Notes: generated by a model not told the origin, from the sequence alone. A DNA stretch of 64,000 bases from Eledone cirrhosa (GCA_964016885.1 OZ024741.1:343046001-343110000), one strand, 5' to 3'. Positions 1 through 15,990 are shown, numbered from the stretch's first letter. Numbers and translations: made by a program.

Positions 1-87
1 AAATCACTATCCGGATGACTTCCAAAAACAATGGTTGCATTTTAATAGGGTACGTCAAAGCTTATTTGTAAAACTGTTATATATTGT

Positions 88-150
88 ATTTTGTCTGATG
101 AAGGCATACCATAATTTAATTTGGTATCCCTGAAATATGTATAATGAAAT
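88..150 (+). ncRNA. Type I hammerhead ribozyme motif (minimal, Penelope-type)
   Basis: CTGATGA 95-101; stem II agg-c-atacca/tggtat-c-cct; GAAA 132-135; short stem III t-atgt-a; AUA triplet 141-143; stem I attttgt/atgaaat with two G-U pairs; AATAAA follows, then a tail into (TA)n at 283. Confidence 0.6.
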
Positions 151-279
151 AAATATGGTTTTATAAATATAGTTTCCATTTATTAATATCGTATATCTAC
201 TCCAAATACTTGTCGAGTGCTTTATATTAGTTATAAAAATATTTACTTGTTGTATCCCAACAATTTTAAATAGAACTTT

Positions 280-822
<543 letters not shown>

Positions 823-1112
823 GCTGAAACCGGTAATTGACAATAATTAAATATATAAATAGATAAATAAATGCCATTGTTAAATAATAAATAAATCAAC
901 TAATACCTTAACACTTCACACAAAGTAAAACATTTCGTTTTAATCATTTTCTAACCCAGAAAAAAGAGAGAGAAATGCAATAAAGGAAGAAAAAAATGTT
1001 TCTTCATAATCGTCTCTTTCTCCCTGTTTTCATATATATATATATATATACATATATATATAATCCTCTTCGGATTTTAGTCTTCACATTATTATTACAA
1101 TAAAAAAAAAAA

Positions 1113-1536
1113 TATATATATAATTAAGGTTTAGCAAATAAGAAAAAGTTTCAAAATAAATTTCAAAAAAACATTCATTCATTCCACATCATTCATTCTC
1201 ATCTCGGGAACAGTTTTGAATAGCGCCAGTTCGTAATTTGAACTCGGGAATGTTATGTTCTTCGAGTGAAAAGAACCTTCTGACGAGAGTTTATCTTTTC
1301 AATGGAAGGCCGCAAGGACTGTCCATTTATTTTTGAGACTCGAAACCGATTCGGTAAAGGTAACCATAGTGAGTACAGTGAATTTTTTGAAATTTATTTT
1401 GAAACTTTTTCTTATTTGTTAAACCTTCATTATATATGTTCTGGCTCGTTAATTTATTAACCTGCCATTGAACCACATTGGCATATGGTTGGACAATACA
1501 TGTGTCCCTTAGCGCCTTGTGCGTGTAGGAATATAT

Positions 1537-1540
<4 letters not shown>
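1113..1540 (+). mobile_element. Non-coding fold-back Penelope-like/retrozyme-like element
   Basis: Inverted arms about 1117-1177 and 1379-1437 enclose a hammerhead; unique 3' tail ends at (TA)n. Confidence 0.7.
1275..1361 (+). ncRNA. Type I hammerhead ribozyme, canonical core
   Basis: Stem I acctt(1275-79)/aaggt(1357-61); CTGACGA 1280-86; stem II gagt/actc with long insert; GAAA 1342-45; stem III ccg-att-cgg; GUA cleavage triplet 1354-56. Confidence 0.85.
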
Positions 1541-1588
<48 letters not shown>

Positions 1589-1644
1589 TATATACATTCA
1601 ACCTGAAATCGAGAGGCTATAAATATATATATATATATATATAT

Positions 1645-1830
1645 ATAGAAGAGCTTCTACAGGACTAGAACTGTTTCATTCGTGAGAAATCTTCAGGGCT
1701 TCCTGATGATTTCTCACGAATGAAACAGTTCTAGTCCTGTAGAAGCTCTTCTATATTAAAACTTTTATACTCTGCTATGTATTGAGTACCTTACTGTGGT
1801 TACCTCCGATTCAACCCGGAATAACTTATA
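1645..1830 (+). mobile_element. Fold-back hammerhead-core element (family also at 53670-53730 and 57500-57660)
   Basis: Hairpin 1645-1755; CTGATGA 1703-09, GAAA 1722-25, GTC 1734-36; the opposite arm reads CTGAAGA; tail ttgagtaccttactgtggttacctccgattcaacccgg. Confidence 0.65.
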
Positions 1831-2207
1831 AATATATATATATATATAAACTAATAAAAACAATGAATAAAAACAAAGAACAAGTTCTTTATATTAAAAA
1901 ATTCATCATTTTACGATCGTTTCTAGGATATATATGTGTGTTGGTATGTATATTATATAGTTCTATGTAAAAATATTACAAACTATCAGAGGAAATACAC
2001 ATACCTTCACATATATATGCTGTCTTCAGAAGACAGCATATATATGTGAAGGTATGTGTATTTCCTCTGATAGTTTGTAATATTTTTACATAGAACTATA
2101 TAATATACATACCAACACACATATATATCCTAGAAACGATCGTAAAATGATGAATTTTTTAATATAAAGAACTTGTTCTTTGTTTTTATTCATTGTTTTT
2201 ATTAGTT

Positions 2208-2238
<31 letters not shown>

Positions 2239-2280
2239 TTATAAGTTATTCCGGGTTGAATCGGAGGTAACAACAGTAAG
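1790..2280. repeat. About 490-bp near-perfect palindrome centred at 2028
   Basis: gctgtcttc-a-gaagacagc centre; arms match out to cttactg/cagtaag apart from (TA)n length. Confidence 0.9.
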
Positions 2281-2413
2281 TAATGTACGTCAATACTCAT
2301 CTTTTTCCATTTCTCCGAGAGTTCTTAACCCCACTATCAGGCTAAATAATGTCTTTAATTTCTTTAGTCAAAATACGGCGATAGCTTATATATATATATA
2401 TATATATATATAC

Positions 2414-2454
<41 letters not shown>

Positions 2455-2470
2455 CAAACATACCTACATA

Positions 2471-2572
<102 letters not shown>

Positions 2573-2876
2573 CCTAAGGTTTGTTTTGTGTTGTTTTCAT
2601 CTTAATACTCCCAGAAGAGTGTTTCATCATTATGTCTTACACTGTGATCCTGGATGGACCAGAAGTACTGTCCGTAGGGGTAAAAAATGTGTACTGTGTA
2701 GATAAACGCACACAAACACTCACTCATACACACACACCTACACACACATATATATATATATATGTACACACAAACATACACACACACACTCAAACACACA
2801 CACATATACATATAATAAATGAGAAAAAAGTTGCTTAAAAACGGTATACGCTTTGTGTTTTATTTTCCGTTAAGGT

Positions 2877-3212
2877 CAGAGGTTTTCAAAGTAGGTGCTA
2901 CCGCTCCCCGCGGGGCGTTAAAAAGGTCCAGGGACATTGGAGCCTAAGGGAAGGTGCGCGTGCGATAGAGATGATGTAATAGTATATTAAATATCAAATG
3001 ATTCATATTATATATAAATATAGTAAAATAAAAAATATATAATATTTATTTATACATAGTATATATTATATTATTATATATAAATTAACAATTTTATTTA
3101 TTATACAATCTTCCCGTAGGCAGGTCTCTTTCGAAATAGGTGGGGGGAGAGAGTGCTGAAGATATTAGCTGGCCATGAGAGGGCAGTGGCTCCAAAAGTT
3201 TGAGAACCTCTG
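2877..3212. mobile_element. hAT (Charlie-like) MITE
   Basis: TIRs cagaggttttcaaa / tttgagaacctctg; 8-bp TSD gttaaggt / gtttaggt. Confidence 0.85.
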
Positions 3213-3279
3213 GTTTAGGTGAAGGTAGAGGTGAAGAAAGATGACTGTGTGAGAGTTTGCGTTGTTATTTCTGTTTACC

Positions 3280-3331
<52 letters not shown>

Positions 3332-3334
3332 TTT

Positions 3335-3872
3335 GCGTATATGCTGGTTGTTTGCCGATACCTCAGTATGCAGATTGGAACACTCCACGAAGTACGCAGG
3401 TTGGTTTGTTGACTCCGGTGTAATGTAAAATAATTAAGTCAAATAGGTAAAAATTTGGCTTCGTTTATTATAAATTATAGATATACTGCTATATATATCT
3501 CGGTGACAGCCATGATTGGCTGTGACCTCTTCAGGCAGTCCGAATTGGTGTGGTGGAGACAAGTGCACATGTTGTTTAAGTGTGTTTTACTCCGTCAATA
3601 CATCGATATGTCCAGCTCCTGGTTGCGTTGTTATTTCTCTGAGGAGATTCCAGTTCCTCAGGGAAATAAAAACGCAACCAGGAGCTGGACATATCGGAGT
3701 ATTGACGGAGTAAAACACACTTAAACAACATGTGTACTTGTCTCTACCACACCAATTCGGACTGCCTGAAGACGTCACAGCCAATGATGGCTGTCACCGA
3801 GATATATATAGCAGTATATCTATAAGTTATAATAAACGAAGCCAAATTTTTACCTATTTGACTTAATTATTT
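3335..3872 (-). mobile_element. Fold-back element with two inverted hammerhead-like motifs
   Basis: Arms about 3427-3645 and 3655-3872; motif actgc-CTGAAGA-stem II-GAGA-tatata-TA-gcagt at 3761-3815 (+) and 3485-3539 (-); 3' tail on minus strand 3335-3426. Confidence 0.75.
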
Positions 3873-3897
3873 CATATATATAAATTTATATATATAC

Positions 3898-4202
3898 AAT
3901 ACAAGGACGATTTGTTAAGCCTTCATTATATTTATTGATTGATGACGCGCGTTTCGCTATTGTCATTACAACAGCAGTCGAGCTTTTGATTTCAGAGTCG
4001 GGCCAGATCGATACAGAACGAACCTTGAGCTGATCAATAGCGAAACGCGCGTCACCAATCAATAAACGTAATGAATGCTTAACAAATCGACTTTGTATTA
4101 TTATATTACACCCTGTTTAGCTCTACACCTCACCACTGACGTGAACTTAAACATCGAGTGCTCACCTGGGTGAACCTACAGTAACTTCACGTTACAATCG
4201 CT

Positions 4203-4205
<3 letters not shown>
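3898..4205 (+). mobile_element. Fold-back Penelope-like 3' end (hammerhead 3' half)
   Basis: Arms 3898-3962 / 4035-4099; gc-GAAAC-GCGC-GTC followed by AATAAA; ends at (TA)n. Confidence 0.6.
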
Positions 4206-4242
<37 letters not shown>

Positions 4243-4592
4243 ATAAGGGCGCTGCGGAGTTGCAAATGGGTTACATATGAAAAAAGTTTGTCTTTCATCA
4301 GTGATCTTCCAACCATCATTGGTATTTCATCGCTTTAAAGACCATATACCTCCGGTTGGTGCGAGCAACGGCTAAAAAAAGACGTTGGGACACGTAAATA
4401 AAGGGGACGCGAGGGTAAACAAACAAAATGGTGAAGCAACAGAAAGTGAGGAAGAAAGAGACAAGTCCCAGATTTCTATGAATTTAAATTCGGTGAAATC
4501 GTGAACGAGAGAATAAAGACCATCAAACCTGGTTGAAATGTGAGCAAGGAAGGAATTCCGCACAGGTCTAACGGGAGGAAGAAGGGGTCTGG

Positions 4593-4625
<33 letters not shown>

Positions 4626-4629
4626 CGTG

Positions 4630-4661
<32 letters not shown>

Positions 4662-4906
4662 TTGCGAGGGTTTTGATTTGAAATCGTGTGTCGAAACAAA
4701 TATTGTTATACTTGGGGAGGGTCATATTGTTGTAATAATATTGCCAGAAATAATAACAGAACACATTCACTGTTTGGTAGGTTTTTGCTTCTGTATTTTT
4801 TATATCTCCACAGTTAATTCATTTGGTCCTCAATGTTTATCATTGACTGACAATCGGTCAAAAAATACAGATATAATATAGATATAAACACATATATATA
4901 AAATCA

Positions 4907-5006
4907 ATTGGTAACTGTATATACACAGATGCGCCGTTTCGGTTGCATCAGCACTGCATATATGTAGATATAAATTTATCGTATACTTTGTCTCTTACCG
5001 TACAAA

Positions 5007-5072
<66 letters not shown>

Positions 5073-5141
5073 CGAAGGTGTTGTGGTCCAGAAATAGCCG
5101 TCGAAACGGCTTGAGCTCTGCCGTTGGGGTCATACATTTTC

Positions 5142-5172
<31 letters not shown>

Positions 5173-5732
5173 AGTTTATACTTATTCCCAATTAAACTAT
5201 TTTTCACTGGGAAAAATTTGTCAGCATTTTCTTTTCCTTTTTACTAATATATCACAACTCGTGTGTCACATCTCGAATTAAAATATATATATATATATAT
5301 ATAATAATTTGTACGCTAAGTGACAAAGTATACGATAAATTTATATCTGTATATATGCAGTGTTGATGCAACCGAAACGGCGCATTTGTGAATATAAAAT
5401 TACCAAATGATCTTATACACATTTGTTATCACTAATGATATGCAAATTAATGCGTCCATTTTTGGAGACTTGTGTAAGATAGGTTATATAAACTTATCCG
5501 GTGCGTATTTTTGTTGTGTTTTTAGTGGAGATGGTGAAAGCCCCAAAAGATTCAAAAATCGATTTAAGAGATATATCATTAAAAAAAATTAATATATGCA
5601 AAGGTTGACGTGTTTATATGTCTATATATTCGATGTGTAAATTTATATACACGTTTATGCACTCTCGGTTACCTCTGTATATACATAAATATAAATTTAT
5701 CGTATAATTTTGCCGATTAACACACAACTTAG
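4907..5732. mobile_element. Long-TIR MITE-like element(s)
   Basis: About 100-bp inverted repeat 4907-5010 / 5302-5406; motif ataaatttatcgtata recurs near 5691. Confidence 0.4.
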
Positions 5733-6007
5733 TACATATCAAAAGTAGCGCTAATATTATGCACATTTCTATGTATATATCATAAGACTACTAAAGTGAT
5801 AGGGTATATAAAAACCACAGTTGGATATTTCCTTTTAACTTTTGCAGATGATGTACATATCTTCTGCTGAGAACACCCAATAGTTTCGAAAATCGATTTA
5901 AGATATTCATCATTTCGTCAATTCAAAATGTTGCATGCCTACGCGTCAATATACCAAATGGGCATGTATATATACACCTTTTGCAGTCTCGATAAATTCT
6001 GTATTTG

Positions 6008-6330
6008 GTTATAACGAATACCATTATAAAGAATTTTTCAGTGTAACAATTTTTTTTCAATCCCCGGCCATACGGTCATTGTGTTAGGTCGATCTCGTTA
6101 TAAAGACTTTTATATATATATATATATATATGAATGATTTACTGTATATAGACATTTACTGTATATAGACATTTACTGTATATAGACATGGAAATTATGT
6201 TATAAGGAAATTCACGGGGTATAAAAAGATTCGTTGTTACGAAAAATTCTTTATAACGAGATCGACCTAACACAATGAGCATGTAGCCGGGGATGGAAAA
6301 AAATTGTTATACTGAAAAATTCGTTATAAC
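6008..6330. mobile_element. Tigger/pogo-like MITE remnants in inverted arrangement
   Basis: Inverted arms about 6025-6106 / 6248-6330 with repeated cgttataac motifs; 3x 17-bp atttactgtatatagac between them. Confidence 0.5.
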
Positions 6331-6344
6331 TTATATATATATAT

Positions 6345-6660
6345 AAGAAGTAAAAAACGAGGTTTCACGTTGAGATTTTTATTGATTAGTCTCAGTCACG
6401 AACGTTTCACAGATGGTTGGTCCAAGATCTATATTTGTGTTATAGACTTTGCTCCAGCTCCAATCTGTTCACTAGGCATGTTAATCAAGTAAAACCAGCA
6501 TCTCATCAAATATGGATCTTGAGCCACCTATCTGTGAAACCTTCGTATTGAGCTTAACCAATAAAACAATCAATGTGGAATCTCATTTTATTTTTCTTAA
6601 TATATACACTCTGCTATAACATAGAACATTAATACTAAACCACAAATCAACTGTACCACT

Positions 6661-6662
<2 letters not shown>
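6345..6662 (+). mobile_element. Degenerate fold-back Penelope-like element
   Basis: Diverged inverted arms about 6345-6437 / 6507-6600; GAAAC-cttc-GTA then AATAAA; ends at (TA)n. Confidence 0.5.
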
Positions 6663-9155
<2,493 letters not shown>

Positions 9156-9300
9156 CCGTGGCTGTCCATCTCTGACTATGTGTGTCTGTGTGTATGTATA
9201 CGTCGCTATTCTGTGCACTGGCGCCTGCAAGTGTATAGGTGTGTGTTTTTGAAAAGTATATTGATGACGAAACAATAGCGCCTCTAGCGTTACCATTTCT

Positions 9301-9800
9301 CACAGCACCAGCCGCACCACCATTATCACCAATATTCCCTCATTCCCCACTACCGCCAACACTACCATCACCACCATTAGCACCACCACCATCACCACTA
9401 ACACCACCACCACCACCACCACCACCACTACAACCACCGACATCACCACCACCACCACCACCACCACTAACAGCACCACCACTACTACCACTATCACCAT
9501 CACCATCACCACCAGCACCATCCCATCCCCACCACTTCGAGAAATTGTCACGAACACAGTCACCACCACTACCACCACTGCCACCGGCACCACCACCCCC
9601 ACCACCACCACCACCACCATCACCACCACCACCATCACTACCACCATCACCATCACCATGACCAATAACAATGACGAGAGGAACAATAACAATGACGGCG
9701 ACGACAACAACATCATCACCATCAACAACATCATCAACAACGGCAACATCTACAAAAAAAACAACAAACAACATCATCATCAATAACAACTCCTGCAACA
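9301..9800. repeat. (CCA)n then (CAA/CAT)n low-complexity tract
   Basis: Direct reading. Confidence 0.9.
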
Positions 9801-9879
9801 ACTCCTTACTTTAATTATTGTTTCGCAATTGTGGCTATCTCCCCTTTACAGCATATCCACAACCCTTATCCCCAAAATA

Positions 9880-10082
9880 TTGGTTTCTGATTTAGGTACA
9901 AGGCCAAAGATTTTGGGGAAGGGGAAAGTCGATTAATTCGACCCCAGTGTATTACAGGTGCGTTATTTCATCGAGCCCGTAAGGATGAAAGGCAAAGCTA
10001 ACCTCGGCAGGATTTGAAATTAGATCGTAAAGGGACGTAACACTATGCCATAAAGCATTCCGACGCTCTACCGTCACTACCG
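9880..10082 (-). mobile_element. tRNA-derived SINE family A (5' end clipped by the adjacent element)
   Basis: Matches the family body ...gccgaggttaactttgcctttcatccttacggggtcgataaaataaagtaccagt seen in more than 10 copies in the window. Confidence 0.85.
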
Positions 10083-10084
10083 AA

Positions 10085-10623
10085 AGAAGTGTGCTTAACC
10101 AAACAGAGAGAGAGAGAGGAAAGAACAGTCTTTCCTCTCTCTCTGTCTGGTTGAGCACACTTTGAGTGGTTTGGGGGCTGCCCTTTCTAGCACCTCGTCC
10201 CCCAGACACCACCGGTTCACTGCCCTAAACACGCTGTGACATCTCTCTGCCGCGTGTAGCTGGACGGTCCCTTTAGATTCTCTTAGAGTTGTCTGAAATG
10301 TATAGTCTTGCACGCGCTGATGAGTCATAGGCGATTCCATTTCAGTCAACAACTTCCTGGCGAAACAGATGTCTTTGGATTTGTACGCGTGTATTATATA
10401 GTTATAGAGGTGCGTATATACATTTTAATATTTATTTTTAATTATTGTGTGTCTACCCTGCCTTCCATAGATTATAGACTCCATACACTGGTGGTTTTCC
10501 CTGTCTTATTGATGGCGCACTATCTCTCTCTAGTGTGTTACCCTTTCAACAGATTGTATTTTAAAGAGCTCAGGATTCCTTTTCCTTTGAGCACATTATT
10601 GACAGGGAATAACGAGAGTCTGA

Positions 10624-10625
<2 letters not shown>
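10085..10625 (+). mobile_element. Non-coding hammerhead element with 5' fold-back
   Basis: About 36-bp inverted arms 10087-10162; hammerhead at 10309-10393; tail ends at (TA)n. Confidence 0.7.
10309..10393 (+). ncRNA. Type I hammerhead ribozyme, canonical core
   Basis: Stem I tgcacgcg/cgcgtgta; CTGATGA 10317-23; stem II gtca/tggc; GAAA 10362-65; stem III cagat/atttg; GUA triplet 10383-85. Confidence 0.85.
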
Positions 10626-10690
<65 letters not shown>

Positions 10691-11394
10691 ATATACTAAT
10701 ACATACATGCACGTATATACATACATACAAACATACGTACATACATATATACATACATACACACTCACACACACACATGCATACACATACATACACACGC
10801 ACATACATAAATACGCGCACATACATACGCACACATACATACACACATATACATACACATACACATATACATACACATACATACACACACACATACATAG
10901 ATATAGTATGATAACACATAATATCATAGGATAACACATAATATCCATAATACCATTGTCCACGACACAAGTGACAATGGTATGGTAATAACAGGAATGG
11001 AATTACCGAAACGCTATAATGTTCTACAGAGGTGAGCTGATAGCGAATAATTACGCTGTCTTTAATTCCAGACATTATGCTAGTTAAGTATGTCCAACAT
11101 TTCATTTGTAATCACCACAACTGGAATTTTACACTTTTCCAATACTAGGACTCGTGAATGATGTGAGAATAATTCGCATAACGCATTTATTTTAGTTGTG
11201 AACATCCAAAATGGACCTAACAAACACACACACAAGAAACTAACGCGCGCGCGCACACACACACACACACACATACACACAAAACATATATATGTATATA
11301 TATATGTGCGTGTGTGAGTATGTATATTTGGAGTTACCGGTTTAGAAACGGATTGAGCTCAGCCGTTTACAATATATATATATACAATATATTT

Positions 11395-11547
<153 letters not shown>

Positions 11548-11613
11548 ATATACATATATATATATACATATATATATATATACGTATATATATACATATA
11601 CATACATATATAT

Positions 11614-11652
<39 letters not shown>

Positions 11653-11699
11653 GATAATAAAAAATCGTTATAGGTAATATTTTGTACTGTTGACCATGT

Positions 11700-11736
<37 letters not shown>

Positions 11737-11990
11737 AAAGAATTACATACGTGGAAATCCACGACAATGTAGGTTTGGACGGAGAAATAATGTAAAACGT
11801 AAGAAACAGGGTTTGTTTTTTATGTTAATTTATTCATACGTCCTGATATTTTGAGATTAATATCTCTTCATCCAAGAAAAATCAAGGAACTATTCCATGG
11901 TCCGATGTCGCTTGCTGTACTATATGAGTATATATATTTACTATATATATATAAACAATTATTATTCATAGATTGATATTATATATATAT

Positions 11991-12258
11991 AATAACGATG
12001 GTTATAAGAGTTCCATATATTTTATTATACTTATTTCGAATACAAAATCATCCTGGGACAGATGTTGTGTTCTCTTCTGATAAAAAAATAAGGTACAATA
12101 GCACTTGTTTATAGGAAAGTGCTAAGTCTACATATACTCTTGGAACTCTTATAACCATCTTTATTTCATCTTTATTATATATACTCCAATTCTACCAACT
12201 GTTGAGTGCTACTTATCTGATATATGCATAGTTTTATTGTTCTACAATATTACTCACC

Positions 12259-12262
<4 letters not shown>
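11991..12262 (+). mobile_element. Short fold-back element in (TA)n
   Basis: Arms gatggttataagagttcca / tggaactcttataaccatc; ttgagtgc motif in the tail. Confidence 0.45.
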
Positions 12263-12325
<63 letters not shown>

Positions 12326-12394
12326 CTGAGTTCAGAAATAGCTGTCGAAACGGCTTGAGCTCTGCCGTCAATCTATGAATATCAATCTATGAAT

Positions 12395-12565
12395 AATAAT
12401 TGTTTCTAACATTGGCACAAGGCCAGCGATTTCAGGGGAGGTAAAAGTTGATTATATTGACTCCAGTACATGAATGGAACTTTATACTTTAGTTTGGCGA
12501 CCCTGGGAGGATCAGCATTTAAAGAATTTTGTCTGATGCTCTACTGCTTCTGCCAATCCACCGTT
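12395..12565 (-). mobile_element. SINE family A, degenerate
   Basis: tgccaatccacc head and ggcacaaggcc tail. Confidence 0.65.
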
Positions 12566-15500
12566 CTTCAATCAATTAATTATAATGAGTGGCGGAAACT
12601 TCATGCAATATATTGGGACATAATTGTTTTAAGCATTTGCATAAAATAAATTTATACAAATGCTTTAGAATTAAGTTGAATTAATATTGTTTATGAACCC
12701 CAGGGGCTTATCTTACATTTATGCGACTTTATACAACCGAGAGTACTAGATTCCTCCATTGACGGGACGTTACTACATCCCAATATATCAAAATACACCT
12801 ACTTTAATTAAAACAATAATAAGAATTTACATAAAATGTAAATAAAACACAGAATAGATAAGAGAAACCCATTTCCACTTGCGAGAAAATTCTAAAATTT
12901 TGCTTTGATGAGGAAACCACATACTTTCTGCTTTCATAAACTGCGGAAACAAATACCCACACTGGTCATGTTGGGTGAAAAAGGACAACTTTCTCTCTAT
13001 ATGTGTTTTATTAGTTTAGTTTATTTTAGAGGAATTAACGTTTTTGTTTTTCTTCTCGTTATAACCCGACATTTTGTCACTCCTGGCCATCTCCAATCGC
13101 CTACTCATTGATACATGATTGTATGGTTCTATTTCTTGAAGTTCTTGAGGCCGGAGGAGATTAATCCTAATCATCGGCTTATGGAGATGAAGACGAGGTG
13201 ATTTCTTTTGCAAACATGGTGTAAGTATATTTTGCAATCCTCTAGTGGTATTTTGGAAGTATCGCCTTCTGAAATACACTACTCTGGCGTCAGCTAGGAT
13301 CCGCTTTCTTCCACAGCAGGTCATTCTGAATAAATACCGTAAATCATTTTAAAGAAACACCGCAAGTCATTCAATCTGATGATCCAAACTTTTCAATTCA
13401 CGGCTCTCCGTATATGTTAAAAAAAAAAGAACAGATACTTAGATATTGATGTACCCTATGCATGACGCGTTTAGTGTGAGTGAATAACACATCAATAGGC
13501 AACAGTGAACTATTGCTGAAGGAAAAATATTCTTTCACAGAAATATGTCTCTTTATAAAAACAAAACGAAACAAAGTACGGAAGAAAAGTATAAAGTAGA
13601 AGATGGGCTTAGGATAAATGCGTTGCCACATTACATATTAGAAGCCAAACAAAGCCTTAAAAACAAATATATCACTTAAGGAGAAGGAGATACAAAGGAA
13701 ATATTAGATTTATATGCCAACGAATAGGCGAATATCAGAAGCTTTATGTTTAAATGGATAAACTAGTGAAATAAAAATGTCCAGACATAGACACAAACAC
13801 TATTATAAACCATGTATGTAAAAGCTGTATAACTGTCAGAACTAAAGAAAAAAAATACGCTTAACAAGAAGCAGAACAAAATCGAATTTATGAGCAGGAT
13901 GAAAGTTAGAGAAGAAAAAAGGGTGGGGAAATATATTCTATAGCATTAAAACGAAGAAATAAAGCAAGCGCTGATATATGTTGGAGTCTATAAAAGAACT
14001 GAGAGGTAAACCATTTAAAGCAAATACAATGATAATAACCTATATACATACATATGTACATATATACATATATACGTACGTATATACATATATACATACA
14101 TACATATATACATACATATATACATACGTACATATATACATATATATATACATACATATGTACAGGTATATGTACATACATACATATATTCATGCGTGCA
14201 GAGATAGATAGATAGATAGATAGATACTACATACATACACACACACATACATACATGCATGCATACATATATACATACATACATATGTACTATATGCAAG
14301 CGTGCAAACATATACAGATACATACACATACATACGTACTTACATACATCCATCCATCCATACATACATACATATATATACATATATATACATATATGTG
14401 GACACAGACACATGCGCAGGCGGGCGCATTGTACGAGAAAATAACGTGAATATGAAATGAAAAGGCAAAACAGAAAATATAATATATATATATCGAGAGA
14501 CAATTGAAGAATATAACTGATATAAAAGAGGAAGATGTGAAAATCAACGATATTGAGACGAACAAATTACTGTATGGAGCTGTCTCTATTGTTCAAATCA
14601 ATTTAATTCATTTGAATTCAATCCAATTTATTGGTATTGTCTACATATATTACTTGGATTGGAATGAAGGCGAGCAGCAAAACTAATAAACACCTTAAGA
14701 GGAATGTAATATAATGATAAAATTGATCACATCCCGATCTATTCTAAGAAACATCGATTTACAACATATAAAAACGATTTAAAGGGAAAAAAAATCCTTG
14801 TAAAAAAAAAAGAATTGTTAAGATGAATGAAACTTGTATAATTATAAAGAAGAAATATGTAAAAACAAAAACATAACAACTGCTACCAAATGCTGATTGC
14901 ATTTTCATGAAGCAAACAGCTTGTTTACCAACGGACACCTAAACAATAAGCAAAGAGGGAGAGTCTGTATGTGACTGATCCACCAGCTAGAAATAACAGC
15001 TAAAATTCATCAAATCCCACCAATCCTACCATATTGTCTTAAAATGTTGTGAATCGTGTTCTAAAAGGGTTCCACTGGTTTGTTAGTATCATGTAGCGGT
15101 GTTAAATGGTCAGTGAAATCAGTTTATGAGGTAGTTACTTTATTTGTTAAACAATCCTTACAATCAAACCAGTATATGCAGTGTACACTAAAAGAACGTC
15201 TGAACGAATCCCACGTGACATCAGATACGAAGACTGCAGCCGGGGAAAATATAATCAAATACCTACCCGCTGATGTTGCTAAGAATCCCTATAAATGTGA
15301 AGAATATATATAACAACGAAATACTAGAATCTAGTGGTAAACTGGACGCTAGCCTAATTGATGAAATAAAACTAGAATTTTTAACTAACTATAATTACAC
15401 ACCTGAGATGAGATCAATCATTTTCTAAATGACTAATTTTAGTGAAAAAAAGGGCAAGGAGAGAGAACTTCAGTTGTTCATCCATGCGTTCTTCTGATGT

Positions 15501-15779
15501 ACACTGGTTCGAGAGTAAGGGAGGTTTAACAAAAAAAAGTAACTAGTTCATAAATGTTTAATTAACATTTATTAAACGTGGAACAAGTTCCATTTTCAGC
15601 GGCTACATGGTCTAATCATTACAGCAGGTTTTAGAATGACTAGAACATTTTATGGGATTTTTCTATATAAATGAAACAAAATATAAAACTGCTCGTATTC
15701 TTAAAATTTTTTGTGTATATCTGAGTAAACATATGAAAAATATTCCTACGATTTATAGGGAAGTGATGAATATAATGAT

Positions 15780-15990
15780 TTCTAGTATAGGCACAAGATC
15801 AGTAATTCTTTTTTTTTGGAGGGGGGGGGGGTCGATTAAATTGACTTCAGTACGTTACTGGTACTTTATTTTATCGAGCCCGTAAGGATGAAAGGCAAAG
15901 TTAACCTCGGCGGAATTTGAACTCAGACCGTAACTTCATGCTGCAAAGCATGGTGTCCGACTCTCTACCGATACTGCCAATCCACCACCC
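15780..15990 (-). mobile_element. SINE family A, full length with 21-bp TSD
   Basis: A box tggcagtatcggtag and B box gagttcaaattcc on minus strand; TSD ggaagtgat(g/a)aatataatgat at 15759-79 / 15991-16011. Confidence 0.9.

Noticed and set aside
13016-13325. 102-aa minus-strand ORF after an AG acceptor
   Set aside because: No recognisable homology or motif; cannot be supported without transcript data.
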